Source: Nymphaea colorata
Lineage: Eukaryota
Length of the DNA: 64,000 nt
Assembly: GCF_008831285.2 (NCBI RefSeq)
Contig: NC_045138.2
Location: forward strand, 22,692,001-22,756,000
Direction: 5' to 3'
In this document: positions 40,556-53,648 of the stretch, piece after piece
Position numbering within the stretch: the first letter of the stretch is position 1
Layout: each line of letters begins with the position of its first letter
Translations under genes and position numbers: made by a program
Notes under the pieces: model-generated
The model's database searches: none
What the model saw: only the letters and a program-made list of their open reading frames with translations
Told to the model about the DNA's origin: nothing

Positions 40556-41107
40556 CTTCAGGATCTAACATGATAAAAATATTACGTAGTTCTTTTGTTT
40601 TATAATTGCCCTTTCTGGTATGTTGATTTTTAAGTTGTGAGGCAAATAATGCAGATATTCATTGATTTCATTGATCTGGTTAATTTACTCATGACATGGC
40701 CAAACATAGAGAGTTTTAAAGGTACATTTGCTTTCATTAGTTCCCTAGTGGTTAGCTTTAGAATAAGTGGACCTTTCAAACTGATTTACATATCATTCCC
40801 ATGCTTGAAATTCTTCATAGAGATTTTGTAATTTGTGTGCATTGTTACAACAAGCTATTAATAATTTCTCAACTTCTTGATTTCTTAAGACAACTCTTCC
40901 TTATGCAACATAGTTTCTATTGTATGTTCTCTTTCTATATCGTTGTGTAAGCATATATATTTGTATACTATTGAACTCGGCAAGTATGATAATGCTTGTT
41001 TTAGATTTGGGCTATTGTAGCCTGCTGAAAGTGTGCACATGAGATCTGGCTGTTGCAACAATCTCTTCTTGGTAAGCATGTTTAAATTATTAATAAACAA
41101 ACAGGTT

Positions 41108-41110
<3 letters not shown>

Positions 41111-41143
<33 letters not shown>
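41111..41143. repeat. (GA)n microsatellite
   Basis: Read directly. Confidence 0.95.
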
Positions 41144-41147
<4 letters not shown>

Positions 41148-43279
41148 TTTCCTTCTTTCTTTCAAAACTGGCATATGACTTTCCTCTACATTTGCTTCTG
41201 CTTCTCATATTCTCTATGCTCAATTACTAAACTATATGAACTTTTTACTGCTTGTATGGTGGTTTTTAGGTTCCCACGTTTCATTGAAACTCTTAGTGAG
41301 GTTGGTTAAACTTCTTTTTCTTTCTTTTTTTCTCTCTCTCTATTCGATCTGGTTTTGGGACCATTTTAGTAGCAAGTGAATGAATCACGAAACATGTGCT
41401 TTTACAAATTTATTTTTGATAATGTGGCATTTCCTTTGATAAAGGATTTGCCTCTCTTTTATGTTGTGGCATAGCAAGTTGAAAAGTCGTGAACATGAAA
41501 GGAACTTTTTTCTTGACAAGAATTAATAGGTTTTTATTTTTTTTAAGCAAATTGAAAGAGCAATTCAAAACGAAAAATCCTAAAAGTAGAATCATAGTGA
41601 TTGTACATTTGAAGATTTCACTTTCATTGTTTATTTATAACCATGAATTATGGTTACCTTGACATGCTAGAAAGCATTTCCTGTCTAATGTTACTAGAAG
41701 AACTCAGTCAAGTACCTCTTGTTATTTTTCTTTTCTAGTGTTGCACCTAAAAAATTGTATAATTTGATTGACACTAGCTTATTGCATGTTTGTTTTGGTA
41801 TGCTTAAACATGTTGGTTTAAGCAGAGTTTATTTCATTCTGGACAGTCATTTTCTTAAATGTTTATAAGGCACAGAGTTTTCATTCGACTCTTTTTAAGA
41901 AAAAATGTCAACATAATTATCTAAATTTCTTCTTTCTTCTCAAACCACAGGTATGCTAACAAAATCTATGAATTCCTACTTTTGGTTTATATATTTTTTA
42001 TTTATTGCTATCAAATATCCGATGCATGCATGACATGTTCATTATTGCTAGTATATTTTTTTTCTTAAATCAAAATGAATAATCAAGATGACCTTATATT
42101 GCAATATTGTCAAGTATGTTAATATGCCAAGAAAGTATTGAAGTGTTGCTGCTTTAATCAAGTAACTCATCATGATTTAAAAAAAAATCAAAATGTATTA
42201 AGAAAGCATTAAAGTGTTGCTGTTTAATCAAATAATTTATGACGAATAAAAAAAAAGTTAAGATGCATATGGTTCGTTCTTTATATGATCTACCATAAAC
42301 TTGTTTATTTGTGCCACATATATATAGAAACAACTTGTTTCCAATTTAACGGACATTAACAGAATAATATTTTATTCTAAAGAAGGGAATACTCGCACCG
42401 CTACAACTATCATTAACGTCACTACCACCCTTCATCATCTTTTTCAACAAAAAAAATGAAGGTGTACTAAGGAAACGTTGAAGGATTTTATTATTTTTCT
42501 TGCTAGGATAGTTATTTTATGGATATACACTCTTAAATAACACTAATTTAGTGTCAAGTATGTGCTTACTTGATTCAAAGCAATATCACGTGTTTTTTAA
42601 TGTTTCTGACCAATTAGTTAACGTGTTTTTGTATTTTTATATGTATTTTTGAGAAGCAGGCTTAGACTTACTGCAATAGATGAATCTTGACAACTTTTTC
42701 CCTTGTAAAATTGATTTATAGTTTATGTCTATCATTGAAAATTAGATTCCCTCTTGCCAGTTCAATGTAACCTTTCTTAAATGTTTAGAGAAAATTATTA
42801 AAATCCTTTTATAAAGAAAAAAATTAAGAACTTTATTAATAACTAAGGCTATGCCATTAGCAATTATGTTAATGCAACAAAATTATGCTTTATTCACCCA
42901 AAACATAATTTATAATTAAAAAAATTGTCATTAATAGTGAACAAAATTATGTAACAACCAATCAAGTGCAGAACCAATTAATAAGTTTTATTATGTGATT
43001 TTGGCCATTGCTAAAATTTAAAATGTTTATTGCCAGAGCCATTGATAATAGGCAACACTTTTAGCAACTTAAATTAAGCGATGGATTTGATCATCACAAG
43101 AACTCTGATGTGCGCTCTCTTATTGACCATGCGTTGTCATGAAAATAACATGATTCTTTAAATGGTATTGGCGGCCATTATAAACCATTATAAACGATTA
43201 AAATATGCTATCCTAAACCAAGATAAATAGTAAAATTGACTTTAACAATAGTTTTCTTCAATAATCAATTAAATTGAAA

Positions 43280-45422
43280 GGTTGAGAGTAAGTGAAAATG
43301 CCGATCACATGACAATTAAGCTCTTATATAAAGAATTATTTGATTGGAAACTCCTATAATGTAAATTATTTGTAATGAGATAGTTTGCACAACATAGGCA
43401 TTTCCATGACAGTCTTCTTTAGCAATTGACTCTCAAATGCAACAATAATGCTTATGGAGGGTGACATCCAAAGGTTCCCTAACAAATGTTTTAGAAGTTC
43501 TAACGCAACCATGCTGCACTCACAAATTTTCACAAAATTTGTTAAGAAAGAATCAAGGAAATGCAATAAAAAAAAAGCTGTATAGAATCAATAGAACAAA
43601 TACATAAAGGAACATCTCCTATATCTATAAATCATGCCACACAAAGATGGTTCCACTTCCTAGTCGAATTAATAGGGATAAGGACAGTTAGAAGCTTTTA
43701 TGTCATCCCCATTTGAGCAAATGCTAGAAACTTTAAACTAATTTTGTCTTCCCCAAACAGAGGGACAAAAGGCCTTAGCATTGGACTCTCTTACTCTTTT
43801 CTTTGACTTCATCTTCTGTCTCCAAGGGCCACGACCTTGTAGAACATCCATTCTTATAATTTTAAATTGATTCAAAAGATATGATATGAAATCCCTTCCA
43901 CCTTTTCTAATCCTTCCCCTCTATTGACAGTCATAAAGGCAAGTCCCCACAGTGTTTTGTTTTTTGTTTCAAGAATCACGGACACATTAATTTCTTAGGT
44001 CATCCCAAAAGAGGCCATACATCTTTACCAATTTTATCCTTTTTGTCATGAACTCAAGTGTTCTTACATTGACATAAACACCACAAGACTGTCGATAAAA
44101 TAAGAAGCCAATACTTTTTAATCTACTTGGCTTTAAATTTTTGTGCCCTAACCACTACTCCCATAACTCCATGACCCTATCTCCTAACTTCACATTCACA
44201 TAAAAGAAGGTACTTGCATGATACCACATGCTTCTAGCAACATCACACAAAATGAATAAATAGTTATGTTTCTGATTCTCTCTCACAGATGACTTAATAA
44301 TTAACCATACTGATTCCATATTTCTGCAACCTATCCTACATGAGTATTTGTTTTGTAGTACCTGATAGCTACACCATTTAATGCACAAAATTGCATCAAC
44401 TTTTCATAATTCACCCAAGTCAATATTAACTCAGTCATTTACTTTGATATGGTTGTCAATTATCATTTTTGTTATACATTTTACCTTATGTTAAGCATAT
44501 ATTAAGCCTGAAGAATTCACTTGCATGGAGTTCACTACATGCAGCAACCAAGGTGAACTTATACTAATTGTAATCCACTTGCATTTTATTTAGTATATTT
44601 TTATAGAAATGTACAAAAAAATTCATATAAAATCCATCTTTTCATCTTTAAGAAGATATGTCAGCAAACCCAACCGAATTCTTTGCCTGGAACTTTATGG
44701 CATCACCATCACCTATTATTTAATTGACTAAATGGCCTAAGCTTGGGCATCAGACCCAGGTACCCGGTACTTGGCCTGCTGGGGCTCGGGCCTGAAAAAA
44801 TAGGCCCGATGGGCCTGACTTGACTCGATTATTTTTATATTATTTTTATTTAATAAAAATATACATTTTATTATTAAAAAATATATTTTATATTCAAACA
44901 ATTAAGTTTATATTAAAAAATATTTTTCATTTTAACCGAGCCAGGCCTAGACTCGGGGTTTGGGTATCGAGCCGAACCCGAGCCCGACTCTTATCAGGTC
45001 GGGCTGCCCCAAGGCCCAGCCTAAAATAACCCATCTCTTCCCAGAACAAATCATACTTTCCAAGCCCATGAGTTTGAAGTGAATGCCTTAAAATACTATA
45101 AACTCATAGCTGAGCATTCCTTTCTCATTAACCTGGCCCATAGAGCATCATTCAACCTAGCATAACATGATAGGAATGTCATTTGTAGCATGTTTACACT
45201 CAACATATTACACATGCCAACTCTCCCCATCATTGGATGCAAATGAATACCAACTTAATAAATGCACATTTTTAACATCACCCTCCTCTCCCTATACAAA
45301 AATTATAACATAACCTAGACAACATGCAAAACACTACATTTGGGAACTTACAGGCGGCCATCCATAAATTAAGTACTTGTTAAGTAACATCATTAATAAG
45401 GCCGATTTTTTCAGCATAAGAC
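43280..45422 (-). mobile_element. Degenerate L1 LINE, 3' part (post-RT region and RNase H-like end)
   Basis: Minus strand from 45420 reads SYAEKIGLINDVT*QVLNLWMAACKFPNVV..RLCYNFV*, resembling plant L1 LSxAGRxxLIKSVL..YWMSxFKLP..FLW. IIVAFESQLL and YIRELN are RNase H-like remnants near 43300-43450. Confidence 0.7.
44738..45023. mobile_element. hAT-type MITE (286 bp) inserted in the LINE
   Basis: Ends taagcttgggc / gcccagccta. 8-bp flanks aaatggcc/aaataacc (6/8, both differences transitions). Confidence 0.75.
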
Positions 45423-48182
45423 ACCGAGGGTGATGATGAACTGCCGACGGATGGAAGCGGCCCGCCTGGCCGAGGGAAGTAGCGAGGATGGAAGGAGCCG
45501 ACCCGCCTGGCTGACGTTGGAAGTGAGAACAGAGAATTCACGGGCTGCCTAGATGGTGATGTGGAGATGTAGGCCGGGGCACAGCTCTAGTGAGTGGAGC
45601 GCCCACGGAGGTTGTCCACTTGGAGGGAGCCTATCTACCGGACTCCAAGGGAAGGGGGCTAAGCTCGGAGTGAAGGACAGAGCATAGTGGAGGACTGGGT
45701 GTGGTCTAGGCTAACCCGAGGTAGGTGCGCGGGTTAGGACAGGTTTGGGTAAGCTAGGGGTTGACTAGGTTACTCCGGACGTGGCTTGGTCAAAGTCAAC
45801 CGAGGCTTGGAAGTTGGGTTAAGAGCTCATGGTCATGAGGAGGAGTTAAGAGGGTGCAAGGTTACGAGGGGAGTTATGGTTGGACTCGAGACTAGGAACA
45901 AAGTCAAGGCTAGAGGATGAGGGAGTTAAGGCGGGTGGTTAATACTAAATTCGGGAATGGAAGGGGGAGTTAAGGCCTAGCTAGGGACTCGGTGAGGAGT
46001 TATGGAAGGGCTCAGAGGAGGAGGAGGAGTTAAGGCTCGGGTAAGAATACGGGATAGATTGAGGGGGATTACAAGAGAAAGGGGAGATGAAGGCGATGTG
46101 AGTAATGACTTACCTTTTAATGCGCCTTTGGAACTCGAAGGGCTTGGGCCCCACGATGACGACACATGGCAAGATGGGCGGTTGAAGATGAAGGCTTGGT
46201 GGTGCCTAGGGAGCTTGAAAGGCGTGGGCCTTAGGATGTTGACACGTGACGTGATGAAGGGTGGAGGTGATGGGCTGGAGCGTTGAACACCTTGTGAAGT
46301 AGCGGGGGGAGGTTAATGCGCTCTGAGACCCCGCAAGTGATTAATGCTTCCCCGAAAGACGAAGCGACCCTTCTCGCCAAGGCCGTTTGGGAATCCAGTG
46401 AGCGGTGGTTGGTATGGCGCCGGGAAAGTAGCAGCGGCAAGGATTCCGGCCGTGCAACTTGCGATTCCGGCCGTTCCTCCTTGGTCGCCGTTCGTGAGCG
46501 GATTTGGACGCGACTTAGCCCAATGTTACTAGCTTGACTGGGCGATTCTTGCTGGGCTGCTGAAATGATCACAGCCCCTCTCCACACTCGTGGTCACCTT
46601 TGGATGGAGTTTAGGATGATGGTGCTGCTGAGGAATTTCTGGGCGTCGGGTCGCCAAGAGGTTACCTAAACCTCACCGGCCGTCTACTGGCAAGAGTTGG
46701 GCAGCTCTCGACTCACTTCCGCGCACTTCTTAGCTTTGGTTCACCAAGAGGATACCTAATCCTCACCGGCCGTCTACCGGTAAGAGTCAGGTAGCCCTCG
46801 GGTTTACCTCCACATGAGCTAGCTAAGCCGAGCTTAGCTACGACTTTTCCGGCAATAATCTCATTGGTTCGCAAGAGAAGAGCCGCCTACTAGAGCGGAA
46901 GTCAATGGGCTTGCTTGGACCGGACGTTGGCTCACCTTTCTGATTACTTTCTTCCCGATGTGCCCGGGAAGAAGGCGATCTACTAGGGTGAACTTTCACA
47001 AGGTCTTCTACGGAGAACAATGGGTAGAACTGGGAAGAGTTCTGGTACCTACCTTCTGTTCACTGCCGGCCGGATTGTCGTTGCCTATGGAATTACCCAA
47101 TCAGTTGTCTCGGTCGGTTGCGTCGCCTTCTCGAATTCTCCTCCGGCCTCTAGATTCTAGATGCCTTCTGTGGTTGAACACGAATGCACCGTGGGGAGAA
47201 GGTGAGATTTCAGGGTACTTACGCGTAAGAGCACGTCAACAATGGTGGTTTTCCGGCCGCGACCAGTCGCGTCAGCTACCTCTTCTTTTTCTTAACCAGA
47301 GCCACAGGTTGAGAGCTTCTACACGCCTACACGGTGGGGAGTCACACTACTCGGGTGGAGGGGAGAGAGACAACGCCTACTCGCAAATAAGATTTCATTC
47401 AAATGACAAAAGGATACAAAGTTACAACTTGGACGAGTATATATAACCCGCGCGTCCTGGTTCACACCAACCTAACTCGAGACGGATATACACAATGACT
47501 GAAATAAATAGAAACGACTCGAGACACTTAATTCTAGACGCGCCTAATCTTGCAATCCTAAAGACGGACTAAAACAAGACTTGACGCTAGAATTGACTCG
47601 ATTCTACACTCTCCTAGACGAACTCAGGCTGGACTCGGCTCGACTGACTCTTCAAAGTATGTGGCTTGCTGTTCGGGTTGCTCTGTACTTGCCGAATGTG
47701 AATCCCAACTGACCCTGTCGTTGATGACTGTCCTACTGCCCGTTCCCACTGCATGTAGCCCTCCACGACCGCCTTACGTCATAGCTCTGTGATGGATAGA
47801 AGGTTGCATGTAGCTGCTACACTTAGGTGTCCAGCTGACCATGCGTTGCGCTTGGTGCTCTGCTTCCTTGGCCTTGACATGCCCCAACGGTCTCACTGCT
47901 GTCTCCCGACGGGTTCCTCTCTGATAGGGGTGGGTATCGGGCCGGGACGGCCCGACCCGTTTAGACCCGGCCCGTCGAGCCCAAACGTGGGCCTGGGCCC
48001 GGCCAGATACCGGGCTAGGTCCACCATACCAAGGCCCAGCCCGACCCGTTTTGCCGGGCCCTCGGGCCGGGTCGGGCCTTGGTATGATTGAAAAAAAGAC
48101 GATTTTTTTCATGTTAGGGATCTGTCTCACATGTAAGAAAAAGTAGATAGTATTAAACAAGAAATCTAAAACAAGATATGGA

Positions 48183-48315
48183 AAAAGACCACGGTTGTTT
48201 TAGGTAAGAAACAATGCATTGGGTCTTAAAACTTTGTGCATATCTTGATGTGAACTTGAGCTCTTTTGAACCTGTTGAAGCTTTGCTCAATTCCTGAATC
48301 AGTTGCATGTTTTTC
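48183..48315 (-). pseudogene. Captured fragment of a PDR-type ABCG transporter exon inside the hAT
   Basis: After ccccag it reads (R)KNMQLIQELSKASTGSKELKFTSRYAQSFKTQCIVSYLKQPWSF, matching the recalled PDR linker RRNKELIKELSxPxPGSKDLxFPTKYSQSFxTQCxACLWKQHWSY. Confidence 0.75.
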
Positions 48316-49183
48316 CTGGGGAGTTCAAATTATCTATAAGAACAGAAGAATATTTTCTTAAAAAAACGAAGGATAATGGTAGCTCAGATAAAGGCTTTGC
48401 ATATAATTGCCATTACTTGTGTAGAGAGGAATGACAATAACGTTCAGAAAAATCTATTCCAAGCTCAACGAAAGAATAAAATTTGCAGCAGACCTTACGT
48501 AGGCTTGGAGATCTAGAAGAGGATGAGGTGGACCTTGCACGTCTAGGAGGTCCTCTCCAGTCTCTTGGCCTGCCTCCGGTTGTATTATACATGAGAAGAA
48601 AGTCAGCAACAGTATGTGAATGAATCAAAACAAACCCATCTTACTGCACCAGACGTGTACATCATTCAAACCATCATGACATTACATCGTATCAATTTTT
48701 GCACAAAATCTGTCCCTCTCTCTCTCGTGTTAAAGATCCTTTACAAATGTGAAGAACTATATAATATTTACTGAACAAACCCATGATATGATCAACTGTC
48801 ATAATGACAAATACTTTTGAACATAGTTTAAGTTTGACATGAACTTCAAGATTCTGCACAAGATATTATACAAAGATGCCACACCCATATCTGAGAGCAA
48901 CAAAAAAATGCAAAGAAATGATAACATCAGTAGAGAATTCATGGTTGTAGCTTGAAATGTCCATCTACAATTTAACATGAAAAAGAAATGTTAATAAAAA
49001 TTAACATGTGCTTGTCAACATAGAATACAAAACATTAATTACAAAAATTACCATAATAAGTATGCACTCGATTAACATTCCTCGCCATAATGGTGCTCTG
49101 CATCATGAGAACTGTAACAAAGACACTTATTAGTTTAAGCACACTATTAAGTTAATATGTATAAACTATGAAGCATGAACAAC

Positions 49184-51148
49184 TTACCTTTCACACAAGT
49201 TGCTTGCATCACGAATCCAACTTTGTGTGCAAATTAATGACTCTACATTTTCAGGAGTAGTTGAACATCGATAATCATTAATAATTCTTCCTGAAGTACT
49301 GAATGCAGATTCTGAAGCAACTGTAGATACATGAATAGCTAACACATCTCGAGTCATCCTTGCTAGAATTTTGTATTTGCTTTCATTTGCCTTCCACCAA
49401 GATAATATGTTGAACTCTACAGTAGGTGATATTTCTTCCATTGGATCAAGCAAATATTTGTCTAGATCTGTGTGAACCACTACAGGAGATACAAAGTTGA
49501 CATATGCTTTAAACCCATATCTAGACACACTTTTATACTCTTCCATTGCAATCATGGTACTAGTGGATGCATTGGCCCTTCCCATATTACACGTGTCACT
49601 ATCTTCATACATATTTCTGTACTCAGCATACAATTCATGAAGAGTACTCTCTATAATTCCATATTTCACTATTGCATCAGGTTTATTTAAATTGCCAAGC
49701 AAATACTTCAAGTATGACAACTTGAACCTAAGATCCAAAATAGCTGCAATTGCAAAGAGAATATTGTAGCCCTTAAAGTATTTGTCAAAATTTTCTTGCA
49801 TTTTGCATGACAATGCCCTTATATGTTCATTTGATGCTCCATGATGCCTATACAAATGATAATAAATTGATACGATTTCTTCAAAAACTAGATTAACTGT
49901 TACTTGTTTGGTGGTAGAGAATAAATTTGTTGCATTGTAGAAGACCTTTAAGAACTGACATAAATCTGATGCATGAGACCACTCATCTTCAGAAGACAAA
50001 CATGTATAACTATGATCACACGATGCCAAATGTTGAAAGACATCTTTGAATAATAATGCATCTCTCAACATTATAAATGTAGAATTCCATCGAGTAGGAA
50101 CATCATAGTTTAAACATTTTTTTTCATCCAAACCCATTGTCTTTACACATTTTTTGAAACCATGTAGTCGTTTTGGTGATCCCCTTATATATTTGACACT
50201 GTCACGAACTTTTGAAATTGTATCGTTCATATCATTCATACCATCTTTAACTATCAGATTTATGATATGTGCACCACAACGAATATGAAAGTACTCCCCT
50301 CTCAATGGAAATGAAATATTATTTTTCCTTTCTACGGTTCTTCTCAACAAACTTATTCTATTATCATTTGTTGAACAATTATCAGTAGTGACAGAAAACA
50401 ACTTCAAATGAATTCCCCACTTAGTAGTAATGCACTCTAATAAAATATCACATATACAAATTGCATTATGTAGTGGAGGCACATGTATAAAATTAAGTAT
50501 GTGAGAGTGCAATTGCCAATCTGTATCAATATAAGAGGCTGTCAAGCATAAGTACCCTAATGTCTGTTGTGAGGACCACATATCAAACGTCAATGATATC
50601 CATTGCACTTGGTTATTTATAAGTTCTTGATATCTCTTTTTTTCAGTCAAGAACATTGACTGTACCTCTTTTGTAAGTGTTCTCCTAGAAATTGGCACAA
50701 ACCTTGGATTGCAAAGCTTTAGAAGATCGTTAAGATATTCATATTCTGCAATACTGAAAGGAAGTGCATGCATTATTGTCAACTTAGCCAAACCTTTTCT
50801 TATACTGTCCATATCAAGTTTGTGTAGACTTAAATTTGAGGCTCTAGATTCACCAACTCCAAATGACAACGTTTTTTGTTTTCCATCAAATATTTGTTTT
50901 CTGACACATGTATATCTATGTCGTTTCAAGTGACTCGTACCACTGCTACTTTGTGCAGTAAATCGTTCACCACAATGTTTGCATTTCTCCCACTCTTTTC
51001 CATTAAATTGTACTAATTTGAAGTCATTTCATACTATCGAAGTTCTTTTTCTCTTGGATTGAACGTCTTTTTCAGTACATGTAAAAGATTCATCTTCCTC
51101 TACATCTGCCATCAGATGATAATCTTCATCCCTAATGTTAGATGACAT
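49184..51148 (-). pseudogene. hAT transposase (BED finger, DDE core, dimerisation domain) with a premature stop
   Basis: ATG 51148 is in frame with the 581-aa ORF. The BED finger SIV*NDF..CKHC..SGTSHLKRH has TGA for Trp at 51029-51031. Other motifs: LTFDMWS, TTDN, RCGAHIINL, TRWNST, WWK, STVASESAFS. Probable splice donor at 49187 and a short last exon at ~49072-49111. Confidence 0.93.
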
Positions 51149-51597
51149 GACTTACTATTTGAATGATATCTGAACAACCTAAACATAGAGTCATAGGGAA
51201 ACCAATTACAAAAATTCTCATAAGAGGGATTCACTAAAACATAGAATTGCAATGGGCAAACAACAAAGCAGTAAATCGTTCAAGAAAACCAGCACAACAC
51301 GAATTTTAGGTTCTTAATATCGTGTACACAATGCATCAACAGTCCATAGTCCATGTAGAATGTAAGATCTTTCAGTTAATGAGTTTCCCGTATCAGTTAT
51401 AGTGAACAAAATAATTTTAAAGCCAACATTTTTCTACCATGGTCCAAACATAACATACAGGCAGAACAACACTTAAGGATCAAACCTTCATATGAACTTG
51501 AAGAACCTATGTAAAAGAATGAGACTCAAGCCTTGTGGAAAAAATTACCTCTCCCTTAAGAAATATAGAAGAACGTAACCCTTAAGAAATATAGAAG

Positions 51598-51660
51598 AAT
51601 GTGGTGGTTTCTTGCAGAATCTCGATATCGCTTTGCAAGTCCAAAATCAATGATATAGAC
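51598..51660 (-). pseudogene. Captured casein kinase 1 exon fragment inside the hAT
   Basis: After the acceptor ttttttccttccag it reads VYIIDFGLAKRYRDSARNHHI, the CK1 subdomain VII signature. Confidence 0.88.
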
Positions 51661-53648
51661 CTGGAAGGAAAAAACATACATAAAAATTATGCAAAAGTAA
51701 AATAATGTGAAACAGAGCTGTCACCCACCATAACAATACTTCCTTGTTCTACCTCAGTATGACGAAAATCAATGTTTAGCTAAGATGGATCCTCAATGGA
51801 GATAAGATGCGGCCATTCAAACTTCATAAAACTGCCAAACAATACAAATTTCATACACAAAAGAGTGAATAAGATATAATATTTACATGAAAAGGAGACA
51901 AAAACCATATGAACAAATAGGCAAATCAGAAATCACATGCAACGTACCCTTTGCTACTTTTCAGGAAAAAGGCTCCTCCCACGTTGCAAGAAATCCCAAC
52001 ACCACTTGTGTTTAGCTTACGTTCATAAAATTTAAAAAACTTGACCTGTTCTCAATCAAAACGAACATTTTTTTAGAATTGAAGCTCAATGAGACATATA
52101 CATATTTAAAGATTCTCATTGAAGCTAAATGCCAAAAAGTATAGTCAATTTCTAATGGTTTATTCATACAAGAATGAGCACCAGGTTCTCCACTGTGCAA
52201 CAATCAACCACAAAACCACAAAAGGATTATCTGCTTATATTCTGCACCATCCATATGAAGCTAACTATTACATCAGCACATCTCTAAGAATGTGAGACTA
52301 ACAGCTGGATCCAAGCAAAAATATCAATCACCAACTTGTCTTTAAAAATGAAATCAACAAAACCCTCAAACCACATGATAATAACTTCTTTCTCCTTTAG
52401 TTACCCTTGACTAGTTTTCTATTTACTATTCCTTTCTACATTAAGGAACAAATGACAACTGAAAAAAATGAACCATATCTAACAAGATTCAGTTTATCTA
52501 CAAAAGACAAGGACTGCAATGCTATAAGCAAAGACAGACTGTAGAAAGGCTTCCCTAGTGAAAAATATGCATAGAAAACAATTAAGCTACAACAAGAAGA
52601 ACAGCCAAAAAATCATAGAATTGAAATAATCCTAGTCAAAGATGATGCTACAAGGAGTAAACCCATAAAAGAACTCTCACCAGAAGAATTCGCAGGTTAT
52701 GTTCTACAATTCTCTGGCTATCATGGAAACCATGCCCCTTCCATTGCATCTAATAATGATAAGACAAAGGCCAAAGTTGCTAATGGAGTACTATAACTAT
52801 GTAACTGAAAGCACGCGTCCAAACAAACCCCACCTATGTAACCCAAGGAACCGAGGTTCTAACTCAACAACATTATCAGAAATTTCCATTATTTTTAGAA
52901 ACACCAAAAAGAAGAAAAATAAAGGAAAACCAAAAATACACGAAAATTTTGTGATACTTTGACCCAAAAAAAGAAAAGACAAAATGAAAATATCATGCCT
53001 TTCATTTATCACATTATTTTTGTTTTCTAAAGTTAAACTCAGAAATGCCTTTCATTTGTCAAGACATTTTTGAGGCATGAAATATACAATGCAGCGGCGA
53101 GATCCAACGACATCCAACTATCCAAGAGGCAAGAATCAAGATCTGGGGAAAGAAAATGTGGGTTGTGATAATTTATGTATGAATACAGTATTGCAGAACC
53201 TACGTCAAGAAAACACATTGATTTCTTTATCGGTGGCCCAGTGATGGAGCAGAGACAGTGACAGTGGCAGAGACTGGCTGGGTATCAGGTATGGACTGTG
53301 GAAACGGTGGCGGGCACACGGTCTCTCCAACTCTCACTCTCCCTGTCTCTGCGGCGCAGGCAGTGGCTCTGCGAATCTGCTAGACTCTGTCACTCTGCCC
53401 CGGGCCTCCCTCAATGGAAAATGTGAAAGTGTGAAACAAAGGGAGCCGCGCAGGAGGAACATGACCTAAGTTCCTAACGGGCCACCGGGCCAGGCCGGGC
53501 CGGGCTGTAGAAGTGATAACCAGGCCCGGCCTGTTAAGATCTCGGGCCGAGCCGGGCTCGCTCAAGTTCGGCCCGATAACAAAATTCCTTGACCCAGACC
53601 CGGCCCGTACCGTGCCGGGCTGGCCCGACGCCCAGGCCTACTCTCTGC

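Larger units (their letters stand above)
47925..53640 (-). mobile_element. hAT DNA transposon (5.7 kb)
   Basis: Ends taggggtgggtatcgggcc / ggcccgacgcccaggccta with GGCCCG-rich subterminals. 8-bp TSD ctctctga (47917-47924) / ctctctgc (53641-53648). Carries a transposase. Confidence 0.95.

Noticed and set aside
40600..43200. AT-rich region with intron-like tracts and CACTA-like subterminal motifs (~42840-43070)
   Set aside because: No consistent exon chain, TIR or TSD could be established.
45977..47446. GC-rich ORFs in the terminal repeats (and equivalents at 58922-59447)
   Set aside because: Frames are not conserved between the two repeat copies; expected by chance in GC-rich repeats.
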